Assembly: GCF_009914755.1 (NCBI RefSeq)
Contig: NC_060926.1
Reading direction: 5' to 3' (one strand)
From: the human T2T-CHM13v2.0 reference genome, Homo sapiens
Length of the DNA stretch: 64,000 nt
Below, piece after piece: positions 12,851 to 25,425 of the stretch. The notes below the pieces were generated by a model. The model was not told the origin of the DNA and did no database searches. It saw nothing but the letters and a program-made list of their open reading frames with translations. Each line of letters begins with the position of its first letter. The stretch's first letter is position 1. The position numbers were made by a program, and so were the translations under genes.

Positions 12851-14002
12851 AAAACACTGAAAACCAAACTGTATTCTAATGGAAAAAAAAAAAATCACTG
12901 TCTATCCTCAAATGGAGCAATGACATGAAAAAAAGCTTGTTAAAAATATGTATCCCTTTAACAATACTGCTTGTCTCTGGAAACTTTTTCAAACTGTAGG
13001 TCACAGCAAATTAGCAAGGAGTAAAATCGCTATAATGTATGGTAACCCATTTTCCCTAAAAGTGAAATAGAAAAAAAGCAGAAAACACCACAGTGCCCTA
13101 CACAGATCCTTAGCAAGAATGTACGTATTCCAGCTGATGCTGCCGCCAATTGCTGGAATCAGTGGGTAAGACATGGTGTGGGCAACGTAAGGAATACATA
13201 CAATGGCTGCCTCATCCAGCTTCATTTTGTGAAATAGCATTGTTTCTTGAAATTTTTGTTTTTGTGATTTACATGTGTGTGTGTATATATTTGCATTTAT
13301 ATGCATACCGCGTTGAAAATAAAATGTGTTTCTCACTGCGGCTTCCAATCAAGAAAGTCTGAACAATATTCTTCCAGAAGTGGAGTTCTGCAGAATTCAT
13401 TTGAACAAGGAGTCTATGCCCAAATAACATTAAATGAGGAGATGCAGAATAAATGAATGAGCAAACAGGTAGTGTTAAAAGTCTACATTAAGACATGTAG
13501 ACCCTCCCCAGGTTGTGCTTCAGCCTTAGGATTATTTACTCCTCCTTGGATTCCCTGTATCCCAGAAGTTACTCAATCCAGCATCCTTTTCAATAACATG
13601 AAATGAGGCTGGAATTTAACCATTTCCTAAATCCAATTCTTCCTGCCTGCCTGATCTATCTAGCACGTTGTGAGGCCTTGCAAATAGAATCATTTATATC
13701 ACATGCACTATTTAAAGTAATGTTAGTTTGTATTTTTAAACACTGTTCCATTTATAAACACCTAATACACACAGCCCTGCTTAAAAAGAATCAAATAACT
13801 GGCAATTTGGGGCAGAACTGTGAGATGTCTTCACTTTAAATTATCTTGATATTTGTCATGTTTCTTCCTGATTTTCAACACACAAATCTAGCTTCAGGGT
13901 GGCTAATGGCTGTTTTATGATAGTCTCATTAATGACGTTGTTATAAAAACTGTGAGAAGCATTAAAAATAAATTTTTACATAAAGTGATTTTATTCTATG
14001 TT

Positions 14003-14102
14003 AATTTCCTACCCCTTTAAAATTTTGCAGCATTCAATTAAAATCACATAAGAATTTCCAAACCCCTTCAAATTTTACAGCATTAAATTAAAATCCCATA
14101 AG
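14003..14102. repeat. Two-copy ~50-bp tandem duplication
   Basis: aatttcc..acccctt..aaatttt.cagcatt.aattaaaatc.cataag repeated with period ~50. Confidence 0.85.
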
Positions 14103-15739
14103 TAGCCTCCATCCATGTTTCCACCCCCACCACTTTAAATTAAAAGGGAAACTCACTAGAAACCCAAGGTCTTACGCTATTAAAAGCATTCCAATCAGCC
14201 ACACAAAGTATTTATTGTGGGACAACATCCATGAATAGTTAAAGACCCACTTAAAAATATGAATATGTTTTCTTTATAGAAGCTTATCCTAGGAGCAGAG
14301 AAGGCCTTCATTCATTCTGAAACCTGGCAACCCGGAAGTAGGCAGCATGAAATCTCTCAAGTGTACACTCACTTCCTGTTTTGCATAGGTTAGCCTTTCT
14401 CCATGCTCCATAGTTCTGCAATTTCTCCCTTCCACATCCTATTTTCTATTGCGGCTACTTCAAGTCATGTGTGTCTCATGTTACTTGTTCCAGAGTTACC
14501 CTAAAGTATTTTCATATGTGACTATACTAGGAAAAGGGAATTGGAAATTGTAAAGTCCTATGAGGGGATTAGCAGTCTCCCTGCCAATGAGGTCATGTGT
14601 TGACTAGTCACATTACTGATGAAGTGTTCAAAGCAACTAAGAAATTTATCCCAAAAAGCTGCATTGATATTCTGGAGAAACTGTTTGTTATTACTTAGGA
14701 AGGAAGTTGGCTGCATGCTAAAAGGGAAAACTAGAACTTGTCCATGTGCAGTTGCTTTCATATCAGCTGGTCACACAACTTTCGTTGATTTCATTACAGC
14801 CCCTGGGAGAAGGTGGTGGAATCATAAAGCTACCTTGACTAAGTGTGGTGAGTGATCTGCACTGCCTCTGTTTGGGACTATTTATTCCTAAATCTACACC
14901 CCACGCCACAGAAGTTGGGCGTCTTCCACTTCCCGCCCTATGCTATTCAGAAAGGGTTTCTTTTCTTCTACCTTATCCTCAAACAAAACCACCCAGAGTT
15001 CCATCACAAGGCCACCTGCTATTTTTAGATGGAGATCCTGGGCATGTGCCCTGGGCTCGTCTCCCATGCCCTTCCTCTGCAGTGTGCACTAAACAGGGCA
15101 GGGAATATAACATGTGAGAGGATTTCAGAGGAGGGCCTCTGGTCCACTGGGAAAAAGGCAGCATTGGTGCCAGGACCCTGGTTTCTAGTCCAAATTCTGA
15201 GGTCAACTGGCCATGTGTCCTTGCTCAACCCATTTGAACTTTCCTAGGTCTTAGTTTCCTAGTTTATAAAATATAGGGACAAGACTGGACAATGTTGAGC
15301 TGCACTGCAGCTTTTAAATTCTCTTCAGTGTAGAGTTGGATAATTCATGGTTTTACAGGGACATCCTTGACTCAGACTGATCCAGCCCAGAGCACATGTC
15401 TAACCCTTGACTGCTCCGGTTCGTTCCCCAACCAGATCAACAGACCCAACCCTGGTCCTTGGAAAAGTCCATTTCTTCCTTCCTTCCTGAGTTCCAATTT
15501 ATCACATCTTATCCTGAGAAAAATCATCTGCTCCTCACTACTCAGTTTTAAATTGGCAGTATCCCTGAACATTTCTTGGTATCTTACTTTTAAATTTGTT
15601 TTTCTTGCTCAGCGTCTGCCAGAGAGATGCCTCTAAATTCATTTAACCTGGACCGTGTCTTCCCCTTTAGCCATTCCCTTCCCCCATCCCACTACCTGAA
15701 TCACCCCTACTTATGCCACTGCCCCTGCCCCTCCCACCC

Positions 15740-16171
15740 AATAGGTCTGCATTCTCATCCAGAACTTTGAATGAGTTACCTTACACGGTAAAAGGAACTT
15801 TGCAGGTGTAACTAAGTTAAAGATCTTGAGATGGGGAAGTTATCCTGGATTTTTTTGGCAGGGCTCAATGCAATTAACAAAGGTCCTTGTGAAAGGAACT
15901 CGAAAGAGTCAAAGCTTCAGAAAGAGATGTGAGGATGGATGTAGGGGTCAAAGTGATACCTCTGCCAGAGGCCAGAAACCAAGGAATGTGAACAACCACT
16001 AGAAAGTGGGGAAGGTTAAATTCTCCCTGAGAACCTCCAAAATGAATGGAACCCTGCCAACAGCTTGATTTTAGCACTTTTGACCCCCAGAACTATGAGA
16101 TAATACATTTCTTTTGTCTCAAGCCAGTAAGTTTGTGGCAAATTATTATAGCAGCAACAGGAAACCAATAC
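15740..16171 (+). mobile_element. MLT1 (MLT1C/D-like) MaLR solo LTR
   Basis: gttaccttacacggtaaaaggaactttgcaggtgtaactaagttaaagatcttgagatgggga...agcagcaacaggaaaccaataca. Confidence 0.85.
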
Positions 16172-16244
16172 ACTTTATCTCTGATTGTTCTAGGTACAAC
16201 CACCTTCAGGCTGACTTGACGTTAGTCACCCTTCCTCCTTCAAA

Positions 16245-16620
16245 GTAACTGTTGATTGAGGACCTCCTATGTGCCAGCTCTGTGATGGGTTCTGAACAAA
16301 AGACAACACAGATTCAAGCTCTATGTCTACGAAGCTGACAATCTGACAATAAATTCTGACTTGAAACCAATAACTACAAATATAATGAGATCTACAAAGG
16401 AAGCACATACGCCCAAGGGAACACAAGGTGGGGCGGTTTGGGAAGGGCCCTAACCTAGTCTTTGGAGGAAGGAGGTTGAAGCTAAGTCCTGAAAGATGAG
16501 GTGGCAGTATCCTGGAGAAAGGACTCAAGGCAGCCAGCAATGTGCTTCTGAAGCAACGTAAAGAAGGCAGGTGAAGAAAGAAGACAGAAAAGGCAGAACA
16601 TGTAAAGCCACCACCAAGGG

Positions 16621-16675
<55 letters not shown>

Positions 16676-16740
16676 TTACTGCAACCTAAGAAGAGAGGTT
16701 TTAAACAGAGGAATGACAGGAAATCTGAAAACATCAGGAT
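16245..16740 (-). mobile_element. L2 fragment containing a microsatellite
   Basis: gattgaggacctcctatgtgccagc, gaagctgacaatctg, gctaagtcctgaaagatgag, ggttttaaacagaggaatgacagg. Confidence 0.6.
16623..16676. repeat. (TTA)n microsatellite, ~17-18 units
   Basis: Uninterrupted tta run; source of the poly-Ile ORFs. Confidence 0.98.
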
Positions 16741-17002
16741 CCTGAGACATCAGGGAAGGAATGCCAGAGCACAAGGAGAAACAATGGGTCCAAGCCTTTG
16801 AGGTTTTGTTTCAATGAACAGATATTCCCCAGGAAGGAATACCTATTAATCCACAGCTATGTGATCAACCTTTATCAGGACCTTGACGTGAGGGTGAGGC
16901 AGCCAGGGAACAGCCCAGGTCTAGGCGAGCGGGGCAGGCAGAGCGGATGATCTGCTTCACCACCGTACATTTCCTATGGGTTGGAGCCCTGGACAGCTCA
17001 GC

Positions 17003-17135
17003 CCTCTGCCTCACCCTGGACACCCACCACCAGCTTAGGGCATGTAAGACAGCATGCAGGTGTGGTTCCTCTGCCTCATCCTGGGTACCCACCACCAGCT
17101 TAGGGCACGTAAGACAGCATGCAGGTGTGGTTCCT
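17003..17135. repeat. Two-copy 65-bp tandem duplication
   Basis: cctctgcctca.cctgg..acccaccaccagcttagggca.gtaagacagcatgcaggtgtggtt starts at 17003 and 17068, 4 mismatches. Confidence 0.95.
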
Positions 17136-17294
17136 GACACCATGTGGAGGGCCAGCCGAGGGCAGGGCCACCTGCTTCTGAGGCAGGCTCTGCTCTCCTG
17201 AGGTTCTCACTGCCTGCTATTTTCTCAGTGGAAACAGGTTCTAAATTGAAAACAGGTTCTCTCGCAATTTTTAAAAAGCATTTAAAGAAAATAC

Positions 17295-17602
17295 AGCCAG
17301 GGGCAATGGCTCATGCCTGTAACCCGGACACTTTGGGGAGCCAAGGAGGGAGGATCACTTGAGGCCAGGAGCTTGAGACCAGCCTGGACAACACAGGGAG
17401 CCTACATCTCTACAAAAAATTAGTTGTGCATGATGGCACAAACCTGTAGTCTCAGCTACTTGGGAGGCTGAGGTAGCAAGATGGCTTGAGCCCAGGAGGT
17501 TGAGGCTGCAGTGAGCCTTGATCATGTCACAGCACTCCAGCCTGGGTGACAGGGTGAGACCCTGTCTCAAACAAACAAACAAACAAACAAACAAAAACAA
17601 GA
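17295..17602 (+). mobile_element. AluJ with (CAAA)n tail
   Basis: Diverged dimer, gagcccaggaggttgaggctgcagtgagcc; TSD aaagaaaata at 17284 and 17603. Confidence 0.93.
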
Positions 17603-17640
17603 AAAGAAAATATGCTTTCTTCTTAAAAGAGAAAGAAAAT

Positions 17641-17969
17641 ATATGCCCCTCCATATCTCAAAGTTTGGCATCCATGGATTCATCCAACCACACACTGAAA
17701 ACATTCTTTAAAAATAAAAAAAAAAACCCAGCATAACAGTAATAAGAAAACACAAAGAAAAAATACAGTGTAACAACTGTTTACACAGCATTTACATTGT
17801 TTTAGGTATTATAAGTAATCCAGAGATAACTTAAAGTGTACAGGAGGATGTGTGTAGGTTATATGCAAATCCTATGTGGTTTGGTATCGGGGACTTGAGC
17901 ATCCATGGATTTTGGTACTGGTGAAAGGTCCTGGAACCAATCCCCTGAGCACAGTGAGGGATGCCTGTA
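17641..17969. mobile_element. Tigger3a/MER7-like DNA transposon
   Basis: catccatggattcatccaacc...cagcatttacattgttttaggtattataagtaatccagagat...ggtcctggaaccaatcccc...gagggatgcctgta. Confidence 0.85.
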
Positions 17970-18319
17970 TCTGCTGCTAGCCACATACAGTGGAGTGGAA
18001 AAGAAAACAGACAAATTTTTTTTTTACCCAGACCCTAAAACTGCCATTGAGCTCCCCCAAAGATAGGCCAAGCCTTGCATGAATTTGCCGGACTTTATTT
18101 GGCCACATGGTTTTGACTTCATTGGGCACAGGAGTGTTAAGGAGGATGACAACACTAAACACAGCATTTAGCACATAGCAGATGCCAAAGTATAAAAAAA
18201 GCATATAAAATCATTCATTATTGACTCTACAAGGCACTCTATCAAACTGTAACCTAAAGCAGAGATTTGCTATGCAATAATAGTTCTTATTTAATAGATG
18301 TGAAGATGAGAAAAGCCCT

Positions 18320-18400
18320 CATTCACTACTATGAAATATATGCATCTAACAAAATTACACTTGCATCCCAGTAATTCATACAAATAAAAAGAAAAAGAAA
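18320..18400 (+). mobile_element. Very short L1 (L1PB/L1MA-type) 3' end
   Basis: ttcactactatgaaatatatgcatctaacaaaattacacttgcatccc...aaataaaaa followed by A-rich tail. Confidence 0.6.
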
Positions 18401-19904
18401 ATATAAGTGAAATCAGTGTATAGACTGTAAAGAAACATGAACTCAACATTTATCTTAAAAAGCATATTCCTTTTAACAGCAATGAAGACCAGACACAATC
18501 CAAATGCATATTTCTGCCCCAAGAGTAATCAACTGCATTTTGTTTATTGGAGTGGTTCTTTGAAATTGAGGCCAGAGGCCCTGAAACTATGAGGAAGTCT
18601 CTCCTAATGTTTGGCCACAGTCATAACCCACTAAAATTTTAATTTTTATTTTAATTTCTTTAGGAAAAATAATATTTCACAGACCTTTAGTCCAAGAATT
18701 GGAACTGCATAAGGTAAGGGAAAGATAGGCTCAGTGAGTTAAAAGTGTCCTTCCTATACTGGAAGCATCATTATTCAGAGGATGATGACATTTTCATCCC
18801 CACATCTCCTGATTAAACAAACAAGAGAACAGAAGCTTGGTTTTCAGATGGGAGAGGTGCTTATTATCAATGAGGAGAGAGTTCCTGGTAGTAAGGATTA
18901 CTTAGAAGAGCTATAAAATCACTTTGCCCAGAGGCCCTTAAATGGAAAGAAATCCATCTGCTCATGTTCGTTTGGATGTAACCATTCCTAGAAGCAGTTG
19001 CAGAAAAGAGATGACTTGAACTTCCATTTTCACTACGGGGCTCTCTTTCTAGTCACAGCCAAGTAGAAAACACAAAAGCACAAGCTCCCAACAACATCAC
19101 AACTCATAGACATCCTACCATTGGCTGGAGCTGGGTCCCCTCAGCAGCACAGGGACTGTCAGATCAGACCACGAGAGGTCTTTGCGTACAGTAATGCTGC
19201 CGTGAAGCAGTCCCTTTTAAACTCCAATGGCATGTTTCTTCTGCCCTGTCACTGATTTAGACAAAAGAAGGTGCCCTAAGATTTTTCTATGCCCCTGGGG
19301 GTCTGAGCCCCCATGAGACCAGAGGTTTTTTAGGCCAAAGTCAGGCTGCCCATGGGCACCACCAAAGACAAATGGAGAAAGCTTTCCTCAATGCCAGCCA
19401 AAAATAGGGTCTACAAGGGTTCTAAAGTTATAGTGCATGATGCCCATAAATTTAAATTCATGACTTACTTGCAACTGGCAGAATTCGTTCCAATGTCCAG
19501 AATAATATGCTGAAGCAGCCATTTACAAAAGCAAGCCACAACCCTTTACCATTGTCCTTCAGCAGGCAGCCAGCCTCAGGGGGTCTGCAGATAGCAACTT
19601 GTGGCACGTGAGGTGAAGACTCTGTCAGTCCCATTCATTCACTTCGCCAGCCTTCTTAGAGAATAATGAATCCTGTGTTTCAGGGTAAAGATGCCAACCT
19701 CACCAAGACTGCCTCTTGCTAAAGTGAATAACCATAACAGAGTTCCTGCTGGGCAATCAGGCAAGCAATCCCCAACTTTTCCACTCAACGATGCAAAGTA
19801 CACCAAGAATGCCCAATGCATTTCAAAATGTAACCCAGGTTCAGCTCTGTGGCTCAGAAAGCAGATTCCTTAAGAAATTCTGGGAGAGAGGGAAAGAGAA
19901 TTAA

Positions 19905-20150
19905 TGTGTCTAGAAGACTCACTCTGTGCCAGGCATTCTGCCGGACCTTTACATAACTTACTTCATCAAACACTGATGATAAGCTTACAAAGAGCTTAAG
20001 GCAAGTATTGTTCTTCCTTATTTCATGGAAGAGGCAGTATATCCCACAAATTAAGTAAATGAAGGCTATAGAAGACAGAAGTTAATCACTGGGTTTCACA
20101 AAGGCAGAAAGTGGCAGAGCTAGATAAGATTTATGCCCTCTCTACCACCC
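19905..20150 (-). mobile_element. MIR
   Basis: actcactctgtgccaggcattctgcc...ctttacataactta...gtggcagagctag. Confidence 0.6.
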
Positions 20151-20259
20151 AAGGCTTCCTTTCAATGCCCCCATGCCTTGGACTCCCTCACCCCCCGTTT
20201 CATCATATTTATCCCTTGAATGGAACCAGGATGGGGAAGCAATATTCCAGTTGTAGAAA

Positions 20260-20435
20260 CTCTGGGGTAGAGCTTGAGTTCTGCCTTTTTCAAGCTAGGT
20301 GACATTTTAAAGATCATTTAAACTCCTAGTCTCAGTTTCCTTATATGTAAAATGAAGATGCAGGCCAAGGCCAAATGTGTATTTTAGTGAGAAAAAAAGG
20401 GAAAATATATGTAAAAGTGCTTTAAAATTATAAAT
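20260..20435 (+). mobile_element. MIR
   Basis: tctcagtttccttatatgtaaaatgaagat...atatgtaaaagtgcttt. Confidence 0.6.
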
Positions 20436-20703
20436 TCAAATGTGAGAAAGTGTCATCACAAAACCACTGAAGGACCCATGCCAGACATGTCCCACCAGCT
20501 CCCCTACAATGTGGAGCTCAGAGTAAGAGATAAGGCTGGACTCCAGCATGTTCTTTAAAGAGCAACCAGGATATCTGCCTTCCGTCAACTCCAGGAGTAA
20601 CAAAAATAAGCAGAAATTCACTTCTCTCACTGGCATTGACTCATTCATTGCTCCACTGCAAAAGCCTGGGAAACATGCCTAAAAAATTTTAGATGATGAT
20701 AAC

Positions 20704-21217
20704 TATAGCAGCTGATCTCCAAAGATGGCCCCCAATGACCCCTGTCTCCCAATATTCATGACCTGGTGTAATCTCCTCCCACAGCGAAAACAGGTTGGTC
20801 CTGTGGCATGCTGTGATCTATAGAACATGAGAGAAGTGACACAATGCCAGCTCCAGGACTAAGCCTTAGGAAGGTCTAGAAGTTTACACTTTTGCCCTGA
20901 ACCACCATGTAAGTAGTCCTGCTAGAGAGAGCATGTGGAGAGATGATATGGAGGGAAAAAGACACCCAGTCACCCCAGAGGAACCCAGCTTTCCATGTCT
21001 GATGCTTCAGTAGGAAGCATCAGACATGGGAGTGACCCATCTCAGATACTTCGACGAGGCTGAGCCCTCAGGTGACTGAAGTCCCAGACAATATCATGAG
21101 GAGCAGAAGAACCACCCAGCTGAGTCTAATCAACTCTCAGAATTGTGAGAGATAGTACAGTTGATATTGTTGTAAACCCTAAGTCTGGAGATTGTTATTC
21201 AGCAACAGATAATATCA
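20704..21217 (+). mobile_element. MLT1 (F/G/H-like) MaLR solo LTR
   Basis: tccaaagatggcccccaatgacccc...gccctgaaccaccatgtaagtagtcc...agaattgtgaga...agcaacagataat. Confidence 0.8.
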
Positions 21218-21234
21218 ACAAGGAGGAAAAGGTA

Positions 21235-21425
21235 TCATCATCTGATCCTTTACTATGGGTTTCGTCCTTCACATACATAATCTAATTTAATCTTCACTAT
21301 AATAATTTGAGATAGGTATTAGGACACCAATTTATAGGAGTTTGGGTGAAGTTACGTAAGTTATCCTAGGTCAGGATTTGAAACCCAGCTGTGGTTTGTA
21401 ACTGCAAAGCCCATTCTCTCAATAT
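21235..21425 (-). mobile_element. MIR
   Basis: tctaatttaatcttcactataataatttgagataggtatta...ggatttgaaacccagc. Confidence 0.65.
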
Positions 21426-24400
21426 TCTTGTTATGTTTTTCATAAAGTATATCACAGAATTACTGGTCTCTAAAGAGTTGAAGAACTGGGATGAATAAAA
21501 AAGAAGTGTTACTAAATAAACATTTATTTTAAATAATATAATAAATAATGTAAATGGAAGCAATGCAGTACAGTGAAAAAAGAGCTTTCAGTTAGGAGCC
21601 TGGAACTTGAATTCAACTTCTGACCTAATCATTAGCTGTGTGAAACTGAACAAGCAATTTGACTATGAAAAAAAAGTTTTCTTTTATAAAATAATAAAAT
21701 AACTTCTTAGATTTTTGTGGTGGTTGTCAGAATAAAATACTGGACATAAAGGACTTCTGCAAACAAAAATAAAAGAAAGAAAAAAGGAAAAATGTCCTAT
21801 AGATACATAAAGAACTGCTGTTGAATTAACTTGAGAGTTCTCCACTTCATAGTTACCACGGAAGTATTCAGTTCCCAAATATTTGTATTTTCCTGCCTCC
21901 TTCCAGGATAAATGTTCTTATAAATACTGTTTTGTTTCCAGAGCTTTGGGACACATCACTCTTTTAAAAATGCAAAATAAAATAAACTGAAAGATAACTA
22001 TTTAATACATCACTTCTTTATTAATATTTTTGGAAGCAAAGCCATGAAAAGCAGAAACCCTGTGGTTTCTACTGAATAGCTACATTTTCCCACCCCATTG
22101 ATCCACTCACTTATGTTAGTTTCCTTGGGGGGAGGGGTGTAAGTGACAGCTTTAGGGAATGTGTGTACAAATACAGTCCTGACACAGACAAACAGAGGGC
22201 TCCTAGTGCGAATGGATACGAAATGAGGTCTACAATAGATAATGGCTGTTCTGTTCAGTGGAATGAGATACAAGATGTCCCATAAAGACAAACTCTGCCC
22301 CTTGGGTGGGCAGTGGCAGCTAAGAGTATTAAAATAGCCCTTGCCAACCATTGCTTAGAATCCTTGCAGCAGCTTTTATCCTGTTTTGGAAACCAAATGG
22401 TATCTCTGGTAGTCTCAGCAATTTATGTAACATTCTGTCATCGGAAGTAAAATCTAGGATCAGAATGGGTATACAAAGCTTACATTACAGAATTAAAAAC
22501 AAGTGTTTAATTAATGAACAAATTATGTGCAAACTCATAAGTATGAACTGACAGGGAGTAAGGAACATGCTTTCCCTTAAAGATTTAAAATTTTATTTTT
22601 CCAAAGGCCCCAAGTCTGTATATATATCTTCTATTATGTAAATAAACATCGTGCTTCCTATTTCAAAGTGGAAGGAATGATGGTTAATTAAACCCGAAAA
22701 AAGCAATCTGCTTGATGAAATAATTGGAAATTTTAAGTAAACCAAAGAAATATAATCTGATCAATTTAATTTTGAGTTTTTCACTTAGTTTGGGGTTAAT
22801 GGTACTAATCTAACACTAATATGTACAATAATTGTATGCTTATATTTATGTGATATATTCTCACTTGTTTGACATATTATCATTGAACAAATAGGAGCCT
22901 TACCCCCTCTATTGAACTCGATAATATAAAAATAGAAATTACATTGAGGCATCTAGATGAAACCCTTCATCTGAATTAACAACCCCATTAGGAAAAATTG
23001 TGACCCCAAAATAACCACTGTAGAGTGATTATGGCTCATTTGGCATATGTTTATTCCAATCTTCCTAAATTGCTTGTAATTGTTTTATTATAAATGTTAA
23101 TAATATATAATGTTTACATCTGTATTTTTATCAAATAACATTTAGGAAACTTTAGAAAATTATCCTAAGTCCACATATTAAAAAGCAAGGTCAATATTCT
23201 CACAAGCATACACAATTTGTAGTTTAAAAAAATAGATAAATGTAAAATATCTTCAGTGTATTATAACCACCTAATTAGAAAATGAATGTGCCCACATGAA
23301 CCAGTAGAGACATATCATTACCTCACATTCATTGGTTGTCACTCTACAATTAATGGAAGAAATGTACAGTCAATAGTTTAAAACAAAGTGAAAGTTCCTG
23401 TTTCAATCTAGCACACTAGAGGCCATTTATTAACATAAATGTGCTCAGGTAAGTGCCCTTTGGGGCTGCAGCCCTCATCCTCTGTGTCTTCTCTCCTAGA
23501 TTCATATAGTGACAGAAGACCATTTAATCTTGGCTAGTCAAACAGTGACAATAGTTAGATAATGAGGCTGGACACATCATAATTTTCCCTACTTACCCTC
23601 TACAGACTGTAGGACCTACGCGCGCACACAATCACTACTCAAAAGAAAAGTGCGAATTTTGCAATTATACCATGACTTTATCTAATGTAGACAGCCAAAA
23701 AAGAATTCAGGAATCAATACGAACTTTTTCAGCTTGAAGTAGTCAACATGCTCAAGGACACTGATATGTCTATGTAGCACAAGTTAATTTAATATTAAGA
23801 TACCAGTGGTCAGAAACCTGTCAAGCAAGAGCATAAAGAAACACAGCTGAAGGTTTTCAAGGCCATGTGAAGTGCCAACAAGCAATATAACTAGGAACAA
23901 AATGGATCCAGATACTTTATGAAATTGCAAACAACAAAAGAGAAAAACATTCAGAAATATTCACACTAATAACTACTAGTCTGAATCATTTGTAAGCTCC
24001 CAAATGCAGGAACAGAATCATAACAGGCGTAAGAATGGAGAGAAGCAAATACAGAGAACAAATGAGTTATTAATTAAGCAGCTAAATGCATTTATATTCA
24101 TAAATATATAAGAAAACTAAGACACTTACGATAACTACTCTGATAAACAATTCTAGAGAAAAAGCAGCACAGCTTTTCATCATACAGTATTGCTTTATTC
24201 CTCTGCCTTTTTTGTAAATATTGAGAACATTTCTCAAAAATAGAAAATAATCAGGGAAAAAGAAAATCATTATTCCGTGTAATCTCACATAAATAGCTGA
24301 AAGGCCAGATGCTTAACTTTGTGTACATAGACAAAGGAGAACATGAAGATTGTGAACAAACCTAGAGGCCGGTTCTTGGAGACCAGAGAGACAAATGAAG

Positions 24401-25098
24401 GGACCCAACATTATGTGCTAAAATCTTTGCATAGAAATGAATAAACTCAAAAGAGCTGGCAGCAACATCTGTGTGACCTTTATACTGTGCCCACTCTCCT
24501 TTCAGATAAAGGTCATGATGAGGAAAACCAGCAGAAGTGCACCTGGGCCACGCAAAGAACCAGATTCCCAACTGTAGGGTGTAGAGTCTCTTTTCCACAT
24601 TGTAGATACTCCCTCAGCCTACATAAGCCCATTCCAGTGCAGGAAGCGCTAAAGACTGCACAGAGTCACTAAGGGCACTATTACTTACACTTGACTTTTG
24701 GCTTGAATTAGCTGGGTTGCGTTTTAAGTGCATTTTATTGAGAAAGCATTTGGACTATACAGTGCCCACCAAAAACAGACAAAAACCAAAAACAAAACAG
24801 TGCATGCTTGTAAAGACATCCCTGTCTCATTGGGTTTGGAATACCCTTGGAGCACCTCACTGTCTTTGACTACTGCATAGAAGTAGTTTAGAAATCTGAA
24901 CTACTTGTGACTAGGCCCCTAATCACTCCTTGCTCCTCACTCAAATCCAACCTCTGCATCATTTTCAGATTCATGTTCCTAAAACCACCTACCCAACATC
25001 ACCTCTGACTCAAAATTGTCAATGGCTTCCAACAGCATTTCCTAAGATAGCCTCTACAAACAGCCCCCACAATATGTTCCCTTAAGAATAAATTCAGT

Positions 25099-25425
25099 GG
25101 CTGGGCATGGTGGCTCACACCTGAAATCCCAGCACTTTGGGAGGCTGAGATGGGCAGATTGCTTGAGCCTAGCAGAGTTTGAGACCAACCTGTGCAACAT
25201 GGCAAAACCCCGTCTCTACAAAAAGATACAAAAATTAGCCAGGCATGATGGTGCATGCCTATAGTCGCAGCTACTAGGGAGGCTGAGGTGGGAGGAATAC
25301 TTGAGCCCAGGGAGGTTGAGGTTGCAGTGAGCCGAGATTGTGCCACTGCATTTTAGCCTAGGCAACAGAGCAAGATCCTGTCTCAATTAAAAAAAAAAAA
25401 GAAGAAGAAGAGAAGAAGAAAACCA
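25099..25425 (+). mobile_element. AluJ (Jb-like), full length
   Basis: gattgcttgagcc, ctctacaaaa, gagcccagggaggttgagg; A/(GAA)n tail; flanks both end in attcagt. Confidence 0.93.

Noticed and set aside
13001-13348. Hydrophobic 115-aa minus-strand ORF and acceptor-like site near 13056
   Set aside because: Non-ATG start, composition explained by T-rich intronic sequence, no paired donor found
16525-16801. Poly-isoleucine membrane-like ORFs on both strands
   Set aside because: Produced by the (TTA)n microsatellite
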